From positions 17,360,001-17,424,000 of the forward strand of contig NC_087436.1 of the NCBI RefSeq assembly GCF_036321535.1: 64,000 nt of DNA, written 5' to 3'. The first letter of the stretch is position 1; each line of letters opens with the position of its first letter. The translations under genes and the position numbers were made by a program. Below, one piece after another: positions 52,360 to 64,000 of this stretch. Source of the stretch: Camelus dromedarius (taxonomy: Eukaryota). The notes beneath the pieces were generated by a model that was given only the letters and a program-made list of their open reading frames with translations, made no database searches and had not been told where the DNA came from.

Positions 52360-52806
52360 TATACAATAGCCAAGACATGGAAACAACCTAAATTCCATCA
52401 ATAGATGACTAGATAAAGAAGCTGTGGTATATTTAAACAATGGAATACTAAGTCATAAAAAATAATAAAATAATGCCATTTGCAGCAACATGGATGGACC
52501 TAGAATGAACTGATCCACAAAACAGAAACAGACTCACAGACATAATAAACAATCTTATGTTTACCAGGGGAAAGAGGGTGGGAAGGGATAAATTTGGGAG
52601 TTTGAGATTTGCAAATGTTAGTGACTATATATAAAAATAGATTTAAAAATTTCTTCTGTATAGCACATACTATACTCAATATCTTGTAATAATCTTTAAT
52701 GAAAAAATATGAAAATTTTTTTCATTATGCATGACTGGGACATTGTGCTATACACCAGAAATTGACACATTGTAACTGACTGTAGTTCAATTAAAAAAAA
52801 AAAAAA
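52360..52806 (+). mobile_element. Young L1 3' end with TSD and internal deletion
   Basis: tacaatagccaagacatggaaacaacctaaat...poly-A. TSD core gtggattctg at 52349-52358 and 52808-52817; TT/AAAA site at 52339. Confidence 0.92.
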
Positions 52807-54206
52807 GGTGGATTCTGGATATTTCTCCAGGGGTTGTCCAGGCTAACTCTTCTTCAGGCACCTGTAATTACTCTTTCTCTCGTATGGTCTTATTCCTCTG
52901 CTTTCATCTCACTCAAAAGCCAGCCTCTTCTATTTCACCTTTTTTTTTTTTTTCACCAATTCAAGATATCAGCAAAATCCTAGATTTTGAGGACATTTTA
53001 AAAAACTTTTTATTTTGGAAAATCTCAAACACATACAGAAGTAGAGAATATTGTGTAATAGACCATACATATCTGTCACTCAGCTTCAAAGATTATCAAC
53101 AAATTAATACATTGCTGATCTTGTTTCATCCTTATTCACACTCACTACCCTCTTTCATTTTTTGAAGCAGATCTCAAATATTCTGTTTATTGTGTATTTC
53201 ACTGTTTATCTCCAAGAGATAAAAACTCACTCTCATCATTATAACCACCAATTGTTGATAACACTTAAAAATTTGATAATTATTTCATAGAAAAATTAAA
53301 CGAGATTATACTGTATAGCACAGGGAATATAAATCAATAAAAAATTAAAAAAAATAAAATAAACATCCAATCAACATTCACGTTTCCTCAGTTGAAGTAT
53401 TAAACTTATACATTAGGTAAAACTAACACTTTTATGGATGTAGACACTTTCTACCCAAGGTAATGGTGTATGTCTTTCCACTTGTTCAAATCTACTTTTC
53501 TGTTGTATTTCTCAGTTCTTCTTTCCATTTTGTTCTGTTTTATAATTTCTATTTCCTTGAGATTTCCTATTTTTTCAATTTGTTTCAAGGAAATTTGTAA
53601 TTGCTTGTTACAGCATTTTTATGATGGCTGCTTTAAAGTCCTTATCAGATAATCTTAAAATCCAATTCACCTTCATGTTGGCATTGGTTGATTACCTCTT
53701 CTCATTAAATTTGTGAATTTCTGGTTCTTGGTCTGGTGGGTGATTTTCAGTTGCATGCTGGACATTTATGGCAATTATATTAGAAGTTTCTGGGTCTTAT
53801 TTAAATCTTTTAAGGAGGAGACAGAAGAAGCTTCTGAGGGCTGGGCCAGCCACTTGGTGCCACTAGGTAGGGGAAGGGAGTCTCTAGCCCACAGAGTTAA
53901 AGAGACTTCATAGTCAGCTTGTTGTGGCTGGATCTGCCTTATGAGGCTACGTGGCCACCCAGTGTCTCTTGGTAGGGAAGGGGAGTCTTAGGAATGCAGA
54001 GAGAGAGTCTTCATGGGCTGAGTACTTGTGGATTGTCTTTCTTGATAACCCTGGTCTCCTGGTGTCTCTCAGTGGAGAGGGAAAGGTATGGAGTAATGCT
54101 TTAACTATATACTCTACTTCTCCTAGGATAATCTGTGACATTGTGTTCCCAATAAAGTTCATTTTGAAGTTTACTTTTTCCAAAAAGAAAACCACTGTTT
54201 TTCTAG

Positions 54207-55702
54207 ATCAAGATCACCAAATCTTTTCTGTAAAGGGTTTGATAGTAAATATTTTGGTTTTGAGGACAATGAAGTCTTTGTCACAACTATGCAACTCTAC
54301 CATTTTAGCAAAAGCAACCATATACAATATATAAAAGAATGGATGTGATTCAATAAAAATTTACTTACAAAAACAGGCAACAGGCCAGTTTTGGCCAGAT
54401 GAAAGAAAAATTCACACTTTAAGGCAAGGCAAGAAAAATGTACACACAAAACTTTCTCTGCCCTGTGACCTCCCTGCTCCCCGCTAGTGTGCATTGTGCA
54501 TGCATCATGTGTTACCCAGACCTCCTCCATGGCAGAAATACCTGTGCAACCATAAAGATCATTTTTTCTCCTTCTGGTGCTAGCCATGTGACTCCTTACA
54601 AGGTAACATTTCTTGCTCAATCCTGTAAGGGGTCATGATAACTCACAATTCACTTTTGTGAGTGGTGCACACATCTTTGGTGAACTTTATGTACAATGTC
54701 AATGTATCCCTTCCCTTAAAGATAGTGATTGGTGTGGAACAGACTAGTTAGACAATCTGAAGAGATACTGAGCCACACCTAATGGAAATTCTTAGCTTAA
54801 ATACTTACTTATGACCTTATTAATATTATCAGCTATATTACTTTTATTCTATCTACTTTACAAGATTATTGTTTCTTGCATACCAAATGTGCGACTGAGC
54901 CTCAGATAAAATTAATGATGTTAGGCAAATTGAATTCTATAAGTTCTGTAAGATCCATGAGTGTAATAGTGTGATACTGGATGTGGAAAGAAGCAACTAG
55001 AGGAAACCATTTTCTGGACCATAACAGACCAGGAAGACAGGAGGTCTTAATGTTAACTGGGCATAGTCCAGTACTAACACACTGAGTGGCTTATTAACAA
55101 AATCCTCTCCTGTCCTGAGAGTGAGCATCCTTAGCATTGTGGGACAAATTGGTCAAGAAATGCCTCCCAAACTTTGGTCAAAATTAAGACCAAAAGGGAA
55201 GGGACTTTATAAAATAAAGAATGTTGCCCATCATCCAGTTTGACAAGAATCAAGTCAGCCACTGTGGTCGCTGAAAAGCTGACCTACACTACACCCTGAA
55301 AGGAATTGGGGGGAAGATCAGGATAAGGAATTCTGTGCTTTGGGAAAACTGGCAGAATGGGCCTTCAGATAGATATTTTCAGGAGAAATTTATAAACCTG
55401 GGTTCATGCATCTTCCCATACTTAGAAAAGCACTAAAGCCATTAAGTAAGATGTCTGTTGCTCATGACTAGCAGCAACCTTCTACTGAGATGTGTGCTCC
55501 ATTGCCCCACACCAAAACCACATAGATACTGCCTTCCCCCTTTATCTCTTCAGAACAGTTCTCAGAGCTCTCGGAGAGGCTGTCTCCAGAGCTATAATCC
55601 TCAGTTTGGCTTGAATAACATTTTCCACTTCTTTCTTAGACTGACTATTGATTAATTTTTCATTGACAGGTTCACAACCTGTGTAGTTTACAGAATCCTG
55701 CT
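54207..55702 (+). mobile_element. MER58A-like hAT-Charlie MITE, split by an LTR
   Basis: caaatcttttctgtaaaggg...atagtaaatattt...gtcacaactatgcaactct...ttcaataaaaatttacttacaaaaacaggc; the end gtagtttacagaatcctg resumes after 55668. Confidence 0.8.
54395..55668 (+). mobile_element. Long ERV1-type solo LTR (~1.27 kb), family not identified
   Basis: Interrupts MER58. Ends attaatttttcattgaca, a rough inverted match to the 5' gatgaaagaaaaa. Degenerate poly-A signal (aataac) near 55613. No clean TSD. Confidence 0.7.
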
Positions 55703-57923
55703 CAAAGTTTTAAACCTTATTTGATAAAGTAATACAAAGTAGTTTCTTATAACTCTTGTTTTAAGTTTCTTTTGTCATGGCTATTTCCTTCTTGTCATTT
55801 TGGATTTTGTGTATTTGTACTTTCTCCCTTTTGCTCTTAAGTTACACAATGGCTTGCCTATCTTGTTGAGGTTTTTTTCTAAGAAACAGCATTTAATTTT
55901 ATTTAATAATTCTACTTATCTCAGTTTTTAAATTCGTTTTTATCTTCATTAATTTCTTCCTATTTTATTTTGTGTTTTGTGTGTTTGCTTTTCTTTTTCT
56001 AAGATTTTGAGGTGGAATGTTTACATTGCTATTTAGGTAATAATTAATTCTACGAATTTCTTCTAATAACTTCTTTGTCTGTTTTCCACAGATTCAGATA
56101 TGTCATGTGTTAAATCATAATGTTAAAGAAGTAATTTTATTTTTCACTTCCCTTGAGATCCATTAGTTGTTTCATAGGATTTTTTTTAAAAATTCTAAAC
56201 AGAAGAATCTGTTTGGCTTTTGATTTTGTTATTAATTTTTAGGGTTTTTTTTATTATGGTCTAAACTATTATTTATATTATTTCTAGTCTTTAGAATTTA
56301 ATTAGTTCTTTTTCTGTACATTGATATAGCCAATTTTGATAAATATCCCATGCGTACTTCATAGAAAGAGTCTCCTCCATTATGGGAACAGGTTTCGATA
56401 TGTATCTCTAAGAGCTACTGTACTTTTGAATATTCTGTACTTTTCTATAGCTTTACCAATATCTTGTCCACTCAGTTTGACTTGGACTTAGAGAAGGGTG
56501 CTAAAGATTTCCCTGTTGGTGTAGTTGGGGTAGTTTCTGCTTTATGGAAGTTGGTACTATGTTATTGGATGCCTTGTAGCCATCAGCACTATAAAATCAC
56601 ATTTCTTTCTCTTAATGCATTTGATCTTAATTCTGCTTCCTTAGATATCTAGTATTTATCATAGTTTCAATTATAATTTGTCAACTAGTCTGAAATTGTT
56701 TTTAATTCAATAGGTGACCTTAGCTTATTTGCATTTATTGACAAGATCAATATATCCATATGTTTTGCCTTAGTTCTGTTTCATACATAAAGAAATCTAT
56801 AGTATATACATATATACACAACACAAACACATTAAATTAACATCTTAGAATATATATTAGTATCTTCTTATAGTGTCCATAATTCTATTTTAAACTATTG
56901 TTTATTGATTCCCTATGATGATCTATGTCAAAATTAGCTAGTAACCTTTCCTTCCCCCTCACTCTTTTGCACAACAGCCTACATCGAGTAATATTTTTTT
57001 ACTCCCAGTTAATACTTTTTAAAGCAATCATCAATCTTATTCTTCCTGTTATAAACATCACCTATTCTCTCCCCATTTTTGATCATTGTCCTATACCTCA
57101 TTCTAAGAAAGTATAAACATTACCTTGTTAATTTCAATGTCTCTCCAACCTTTTGGTTGGCTGAAGTTCATTCTTTAATAAATTACTCAGGTAAAGCTCA
57201 TAGGAAAAATATTTCCTGAATTACTACAGGTTCATAACCATTTGTTTGCACCCTTTATGTTGACAGTGGGTTTGTCTACATAGGAAATGTGGCTTACATT
57301 TTCTTTCTTGGATGTCTTAAGTGTTACTCTATTGATCTAGAGAATAATGTTGCCATTGAAAACTCCAATGACAATCTGATTTTCTTTTATTATGAATGGT
57401 TTTGTTTTTTACCTTGATGCCCAAGGGATTTCTTTAATCCAATTATTTTTACTAGGCTATGCCTTGATGTTTGTCTTTCTGTTTAGATTTTCCCAGGTAT
57501 GTGATATACACTTTCATAGGTTTTAAATAAATTTATTTCAAGGATTTTTAAAAATTTTTAGTTGATAGAGTATATTTTGTTTTCATATAAGGACCCCTAT
57601 GACAAATATATTGAACCTTCTCTATGAACTTCTATCTCTATACTTTCTTTTAAACACCTTTTTGAATCTTCTTCCTAATTTATTTTTAATTTTTCTCCTT
57701 TTTATCTTCTATTTCTTTTAAGGTATTATCAGTCATTTTATTTATTCTCATCTCCTTGGCATTCTATAAATGTCATTTTATTCTTTTTTTGTTTTCTGAG
57801 TCTGTCATTTTCCTTCCAAATCTTGCTTTTCTCCAGTTACCTCACTTATATTAAAAATAATTTATGTTGTTCTTTCACAGCTTCTGTCATTCCCTTAATT
57901 TCTTTTAGGTAATCTTAAAATAC

Positions 57924-58444
57924 TAGCATATGAGTTTTTTATGCCTGCTGTAACAAATTACCACACACTTAATGGCCTAAAACAATGCATACTTATTATC
58001 TTCCGGTCTGGGAGTCAGAAATCCAAAATTGGTCTCACTGTGCTAAGATTAAGGTGTCAACATGACTGTTCCATCTGGAGGCTCTAGGGGAAAATCTGTT
58101 TTCTCACCCTTTCTGGCTTCTAGAGATTACCCACATCTTCCTTGGCCTGTAGCCTCATTCATCCATCTTCAAAATCAACAATGTTGGGCTGAGTCCTTCC
58201 CATGTAGCCATCTCTTTAGTTCTCTCTCATTCTCTTTCATCCACTTTTAATGACCCTTATGATCACACTGGACTCACCTGGGTAATCCAGGTTAATCTTC
58301 CTATTTTATTAAGTTTACACTTGGTGAGCATCCTTATTTCCATCCACAACCTTCATTCCTCTTTGCCATGCAACCTAACATATACACAGGTTCAAGGGAC
58401 TAGGATGTAGGTGTCTTTAGGGGGCCATTATTCTGCCCACCGCA
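57924..58444 (-). mobile_element. MLT1D-like solo LTR with 5-bp TSD
   Basis: ctgctgtaacaaattaccaca...ggggccattattctgcccaccgca. TSD aatac at 57919-57923 and 58445-58449. Confidence 0.9.
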
Positions 58445-59122
58445 AATACCATACAAATTTTCAAATGTTTTGTGGGCATGTCATATCTGCGTGCTTTCAT
58501 TTTCTGTAGGGTTATTCTCTTTTTAGTAGTAACACTATATTGGATCTAACTATAGTCCCTTTAAGTAAAGAAGTTTTTCTACACTTGCAGAAGAGAGAAG
58601 TGTGGGCCAGAGGACATTTTTAGTTTCATGGCTCTAGAGCTTCCTCTTCTGTTGTTTTCAAACAAAAACAACAATTTGGTCTGGTACATTTTGAGATCTG
58701 CCTCTTCCCTTCCTATTTCTGGACTGTGTAGTCCTTTGGTCCTACTGCCTTCATGCTGCTCAAGTGGGATTCTACTCCTACCAGTTTCTCTTCAGTTGCA
58801 GGGCTTTGTCTTGGAATACGGCTTTGTCTTGATAGTTTTGAGAGTTTATAGGCCCAGATGCCTCCAGCACTATTAGAATTCATAGCAACATAATCCATTG
58901 TATTCTCCTTTGAATTGGACCCTGCAGAAAACTGTCATGGTTTTTCTGATTGTTGTTCTCAGATTAGCCCACTGCTTACCTATTCTCAGAACTAACAGAA
59001 TTATCTTCCCTCAGCTTTCCCCACAGAGTTACAGATACCAGTTATTATAAATAATAATATTGGTGGTATGTCACCACTCATATTTGGGGGTTCAGGGAAA
59101 TGCCTTTTCAGATAGTTTTGTA

Positions 59123-61596
59123 CAGGCAGATCTCATTTTATTGTGCTGCACTTTATTGCACTTTGCAGATATTCTGTTTTTAACAAGTTGAAAGTTTGTG
59201 GCAACCCTGCATCGAACAAGTCTACTGGTGCCATTTTCCCAACAGAATTTGCCAATGTTGTGTCTCTGTCACATCCTGTTAATCCTCACAATCTTTCAAA
59301 CGTTTTCATTATAGTGGTCTATGATCAGTGATCTTTGATGTCACAATGCTAATTGTTTTGGGGTGCCATGAACCATGCCCATGTAAGATAGTAAACTTAA
59401 TCTATAAATGGTGTGTGTGTTCTGACTGCTCCACTAACAGGTAATTTCCTCTCCCCCCTCCTCCTCAGGCCTCCCTATTCCCTGAACACAACAATATTTA
59501 AATTAGGCCAATTAATAGCCCTACCAAAGCTGCAGTGAAAGGAAGAAAGGAAGAGTGAAATCCAGGCTAATCCTCCTATTTTATTAAGTTTACACTTGGT
59601 GAGCATCCTTACTTCCATCCACAACCTTAATTCCTCTTTGCCATGCAACCTAACATATACACAGGTGAAAGGAAGAGTCATATGGCTCTCACTTTAAATC
59701 AAAAGCTAGAAGTGATTAAGCGTAGTGAGGAAGACATGTGGAAATCTGGGCGAGGACGAAAGCTAGGCCTCTTGTGCCAGTCAGCCAAGTTGTGATTGCA
59801 GAGGAAAAACTTTTTAAGGAAATTAAAAGTGCTTCTCCAGTGAACACACGAATGATAAGAAAGCAAAACAGCCTTATTGCTGATACGAAGAAAGTTTTAG
59901 TGGCCTGGACAGAAGACCAAACCAGCCACAACAGTCTCTTAAGCCAAAGTCTAATCAGAACAAGACCCTAACTCTCGTCAATTCTATGAAGGCTGAGAGA
60001 GGTGAGGAAGCTGCCGAAGAAAAGTTTGAAGCTAGCAGAGATTGGCTCATGAGGTTTAAGGAAGAAGCCATCTCCATAACATAAAAGTACAAGGTGAAGC
60101 AGCAAGTGCTGATGTAGAAGCCGCAGTAAGTTCGCCAGAAGATCTAGCTTAGATATGTAATGAAGGTGGCTTCACTAAACAACAGAGTCTCAATGTAAGC
60201 AAAACAGCCTCTATTGGAAGAAGATGCAGTCTAGGACTTTCAGAGCTTGGGAGAAGATGCCTGCTTTCAAAGCCTTGAAGGCCAGGTTGACACTTGTTAG
60301 GGGCTAGTGCAGCTAGTGACTTTATGTTGAAGCCAGTGCTCATTTACCACCCTGAGAATCCTAGAGACCTTAAGAATTATGTTAAATCGATTCTTCTCGT
60401 GCTCTTCAAATGGAACAACAAAGCCTGGATGACAGAACATCTGTTTACAACATGGTTTACTTAATATTTTAAGCCCATTGTTGAGAAATACTCCTCTGAA
60501 AAAAACCTTCCTTTCAAAACACTATTGCTCACTGACAACACAGCTGGTCACTCAAGAGGTCTGAAGGAGATGGACAACAAGATGAATGTTGTTTTCATGA
60601 CTACTAATGTAACACCCATTCTGCTGCTCATGGATCAAGGAGTAATTTCAACTTTCAAGTCTTATTATTTAAGAAATACATTTTGTAATATACAACTGCC
60701 ATAGATACCTCTGATGGATCAGGCAAATCAACTGAAAACCTCTGGAAAGATTCACTGCTCCAGATGCCATTAAGAACGTTCATGATTCACAGGAAGAGCA
60801 TTAACCAGCATTAACAGGAGTTTGGAAGAAGCTGATTCCAGCCCTCATGGATGACTGTGAGCAGTGAAGATTTCAGTGGAGGAAGTAACTACATATGTGG
60901 TGGAACCAGTAAAAGAACTAGACTCAGAAGTGGAGCCTGAAGATGTGACTGAATTGCTGCAGTCTCATGAGAAAACCTGAGTGGATACAGAGTTGCTTCC
61001 TAGGAATGAGCAAAGAAAGTGGTTTCTTGAGGTAAAATCTACTCCTGGTGAAGATGCCGTGAAGACTGTTGAAATGACAACAAAGGATCTAGAACATTAC
61101 ATAAACGTAGTTGAGAAAGCAGTGGCAGGGGTGGAGAGGATTGACTCCAATTTTGAAAGAAGTTCTATTGTGGGTAAAATGCTATCAGATAGCACTGCAT
61201 GCTACAGAGAAATTGTTCATGAAAGGAAGAGTCAATTGATGCGGCAAACCTCACTGTTGTCTTATTTTAAGAAATTGCCACAGCCACCCCAGCCTTCAGC
61301 AACCACCACCCTGGTCAGTCAGAAGCCATCAACATAGAGGCAAGATCCTCTACCAGCAAAAACATTATACCTCACTGAAGGCTTAGATGATGGCTAGCAT
61401 TTTTAGAAATAAAGTATTTTTAAATTAAGTTGTGTACATTGTTGTTTTAGACATAATGCCCACTAAATAGACTAAAATGTTATGTAAACTTAACTTTTAC
61501 ATGCACTGGGAAGCCAAAAAAATTGTGATTCCCTTTACTGCATTATTTGTTTTATTGTGATGGGCTGGAACCAAACCCGCAATATCTTCATGCCTG
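59123..61596 (+). mobile_element. Full-length Tigger1 (pogo/Tc1-mariner) DNA transposon with a disrupted transposase
   Basis: TA|caggca...tgcctg|TA termini. Transposase peptides [23 protein letters not shown] (59738..59971) and [11 protein letters not shown]...[23 protein letters not shown] (60981..61337). Multiple stops and frameshifts. Confidence 0.96.
59559..59666 (+). repeat. 108-bp copy of 58284-58391 inserted in Tigger1
   Basis: 4 mismatches in 108 bp by manual alignment; flanked by duplicated gaaaggaagagt. Confidence 0.97.
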
Positions 61597-61599
61597 TAT

Positions 61600-61685
61600 A
61601 GCAAATCATCATGAAATATACTTTAAATATATTACAATTTGTCAATTATACCTCATTAAAGCTAGGGAAAATACTATTAAAAGCT
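61600..61685 (+). mobile_element. Short L1 3' terminal fragment
   Basis: ttaaatatattacaatttgtcaattatacctcattaaagct resembles an L1MA/MB terminus. Confidence 0.65.
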
Positions 61686-61721
61686 AGGATACTAACTGGA
61701 TATAATACATATATAAAGCTC

Positions 61722-61848
61722 TCACACACTTACTAAAGTATAGTGTAGTGTATATGTAATTTTTATATGCACTGGGAAACCAAAAAAATTCACATGACTC
61801 ACCTGATTGCTGTGGTCTGGAACCAGGAATATCTCTGAAGTTTACCTG
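61722..61848 (+). mobile_element. Second Tigger1 right end
   Basis: ttttatatgcactgggaaaccaaaaaaattc...tgtggtctggaacc...aatatctctgaagtttacctg|TA. Confidence 0.88.
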
Positions 61849-62709
61849 TATATGAGCCTTTGGTTTTGCTATAGTCATTGCTTTGTTGATTCTAATGAGC
61901 AATCAGAAAGATTCCAAATCTATGCTCCTGCCATCTTCCAGATTTCCTCTACCTTTTAGGAATATCAGCAGAAGAACTAGGTATGGCAGGTGTTTTTGAG
62001 CAATAAATGATAGCTCTGCAATGGATACAGGTTGAGATGAGGAAAAAGAATACTTGTTGCTATGGAGTTTCTATTTCTTTAACCTTCTCTCTTTCCTTTA
62101 AGAGGGGAAAGGAAAACTAGACGACCATGGAGAGACAAAGTTCATTCTGAAGGACCACATATTTGGTGCAACCTTCCCATTTCTACACCAAAGGAGTTCT
62201 TGATCCAGCTCATGGCTTGGATTCATCCATCAATTTATATGTTAATTGTTCATTTATTTAGATATTTATCATATAATCTTTATAATATTATAATGTACCA
62301 CACACATGCAGGGTTCACTCCAAGAGGTACAAAGATGACTGAAACCTGGACCTTACTCTCAAATGGCTTGAGTCTAGGATGGAAAATAAAATGATCCTGC
62401 AAAAAATTGCAACATAAATGTTATAAAGATATGTTCTCAGAGAAGGGGGCTAAGGAATCAGAAAAGGTTCAAAGGAAATAACAAAACAGCGTTTCCCCCT
62501 CTACTTCATTTCCATCTGAATCTTCCCTCAAGGATACACTTTCAGTAGTCAGACAAGCTGTGGTTTTCAACCACCTCAGAAAGGGGGAGGTGATGGCCCT
62601 GTCCATCCATAGGATATGTTCGTAAGAGAGATGTTGTCCCTCAAGGAGCGGCTGATTAACAGCAATTACCATGTGATGAAGTCCAACATTCTGGCAAGAA
62701 AGGAAAACC

Positions 62710-63290
62710 AAAAGTATTCATCATGAAGTTATTAAGTTTTAGAAAAGGGAATTATGACAAAATAGGGACTTTTCTGGGGGGAAAAAATCCTGAAAGAAAT
62801 AGTTTTGAAAGTAAATAACCATGAAGAAGCCTGGAGACAGTTTAAGAACAGCTTATTGGAAACTCAGGAAAAATGTTTGACTCAGTCCAAAACGAACAGG
62901 CATTTGAAAATAAACACTAACTGTCTAAATGGCAAAGGGAAAAAGGCTGTTTTTAAAAAGGAGGCAGTGAGGGTAGGGAATCTTTTTAGGGAGGAAAAGA
63001 ATTTTTTCCAGGAAGAAGAGCGGGAATCTTATAAATGTGACAGGTCAAATTTAAACAAAATTCAACAGTTCAAAAGCTGCTTAATTACCAGGGCACCTTG
63101 CAAGGGAATCCAAAATCAAACACTAAAGTCTTTAAACAAAGAAAGGAAAGCAGGTAGAGTATTAACGGAACTGCTTGAGATTCAAGATAAGAAAATTGCA
63201 CTTGAGCACGCAAAGGCAAAAGCAAAAAAGGAAGAGGGGGATTATTTGTCACAGCATTTAATAAACAAAAGGTAATTTTGTATTTTATGG
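62710..63290 (+). mobile_element. Ancient CR1/L3-clade LINE ORF2 relic (endonuclease-RT linker)
   Basis: FRKGNYDKIGTFL (from 62738), then EEAWRQFKNSLLETQEKC...CLNGKGKKAVFKK...KSLNKERK..LTELL. These resemble CR1-clade FRKADF..L, EE.W..FK..LL.AQE.CIP, WLN..VK.AI.KK and KYI..KRK...GPLL. Confidence 0.75.
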
Positions 63291-63321
63291 AGATCTCCCC
63301 CTGAAATTTTATTTTATATAG

Positions 63322-63849
63322 AGAATCTGGATCAGTTTTGCTGCCTAACAAACCATTCCAAAAGGTAGCCACTCCAAACAACAGTTCCTTAGGAGATGAT
63401 GATTCAATGGCTGGGCTCTCTGGGCTGGGATCCTTTGGGCTGTTCTTCAGGGGTCTCACTCAAATGGCTGCAGCAGCTGGTGGCTCCACTGAAGCTGGAT
63501 GTCAAGATGGGCCTCACTCGTCAGTCTGGCAATCCCGACTTCTTCTCCCTGGTTCTCCTCCATGTGGTCTCTCCAGCAGCTAGTGAAGGACTGTTGCATC
63601 CTAGTCTGAGGGTGACATGATTGAGCAGCTATTCACAGCAGATCATAATGGACAAGCCATTTACAAACCTGGGCTTCTGTCTTATTTCCTCAAGTCCCAT
63701 TGGCCTAAGCAAGTCACTTGGCCATGCCCAGATCAAAAGAGCAAGAATAAGACTCCACCTCTGGGGAAGAATGGCAAAGTCACAATACGAAGAGGTGTGT
63801 ACTTAAGGAAAGGAATCATTGTGGCCATCTCTGGAAACAATCCAACACA
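63322..63849 (-). mobile_element. MLT1 (G/H-like) LTR
   Basis: tcagttttgctgcctaacaaaccattcc...tcccattggcctaagcaagtcacttggcca...gactccacctct...ggccatctctggaaacaatccaacaca. Confidence 0.85.
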
Positions 63850-64000
63850 ATGAGCTCTCTGGCTGCAAAATAAACCTTCCTCCCACATGCAAAATACATT
63901 CTCTCTCTTTGCCCAAAGTCATATCTTATTATGGCATCAGCCTTGAAGTATAGGATCTTCCTCTAAATCAGGTCCTGATGGAGATGAAGAGCTTCAGGTG
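63850..64000 (-). mobile_element. MLT1 internal sequence adjoining the LTR, running off the window
   Basis: cctcccacatgcaaaatacatt...aaagtc...tatggcatcag...tctaaatcaggtcc resembles the reverse 3' end of MLT1-int. Confidence 0.75.

Larger units (their letters stand above)
53000..57920 (-). mobile_element. Old L1M (L1MC/MD-like) fragments hosting MER58 and an ERV1 LTR
   Basis: Reverse L1MC/MD-type 3' end at ~53000 (ttttattttggaaaatctcaaacacatacagaagtagagaata). T-rich ORF2/ORF1-like sequence at 55720-57900. Likely several separate elements. Confidence 0.6.

Noticed and set aside
59738..61337. Domesticated Tigger-derived gene (TIGD1-like)
   Set aside because: The transposase is broken by stops, frameshifts and the 108-bp insertion; TIRs and TA flanks mark an ordinary dead copy.

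Overview
AT-rich, CpG-poor, repeat-dense mammalian DNA that is intergenic or deep-intronic. A Vic-1-like tRNA-derived SINE at ~42.8 kb points to a camelid (camel/alpaca); the younger L1 3' ends are consistent with an artiodactyl. I recognised no protein-coding gene, RNA gene, CpG island or CRISPR array. The ORFs I could assign are transposon fragments and the rest look like chance. Content: a degraded ERVL provirus with an LTR40/41/52-like 5' LTR (1-2404), L1 layers of several ages, L2, MIR, MaLR (MLT1) LTRs, two ERV1-type solo LTRs, hAT elements (MER45B-like, MER58A-like), a full-length Tigger1, and microsatellites. Less ordinary features: (1) a highly decayed Ty3/Gypsy RT-RNase H relic at ~2.5-3.0 kb; (2) an ancient CR1/L3-type LINE relic with a 156-codon open frame at ~62.7-63.3 kb; (3) a 108-bp locally templated insertion copied from an MLT1 LTR into Tigger1; (4) a ~200-bp-arm inverted duplication of an L2 segment whose second copy is bounded by TTAATTAA; (5) a 168-bp tandem duplication. 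I found no evidence for a complete novel functional system. Repeat subfamily names come from remembered consensus sequences, not from a search, and boundaries lacking TSDs are approximate.
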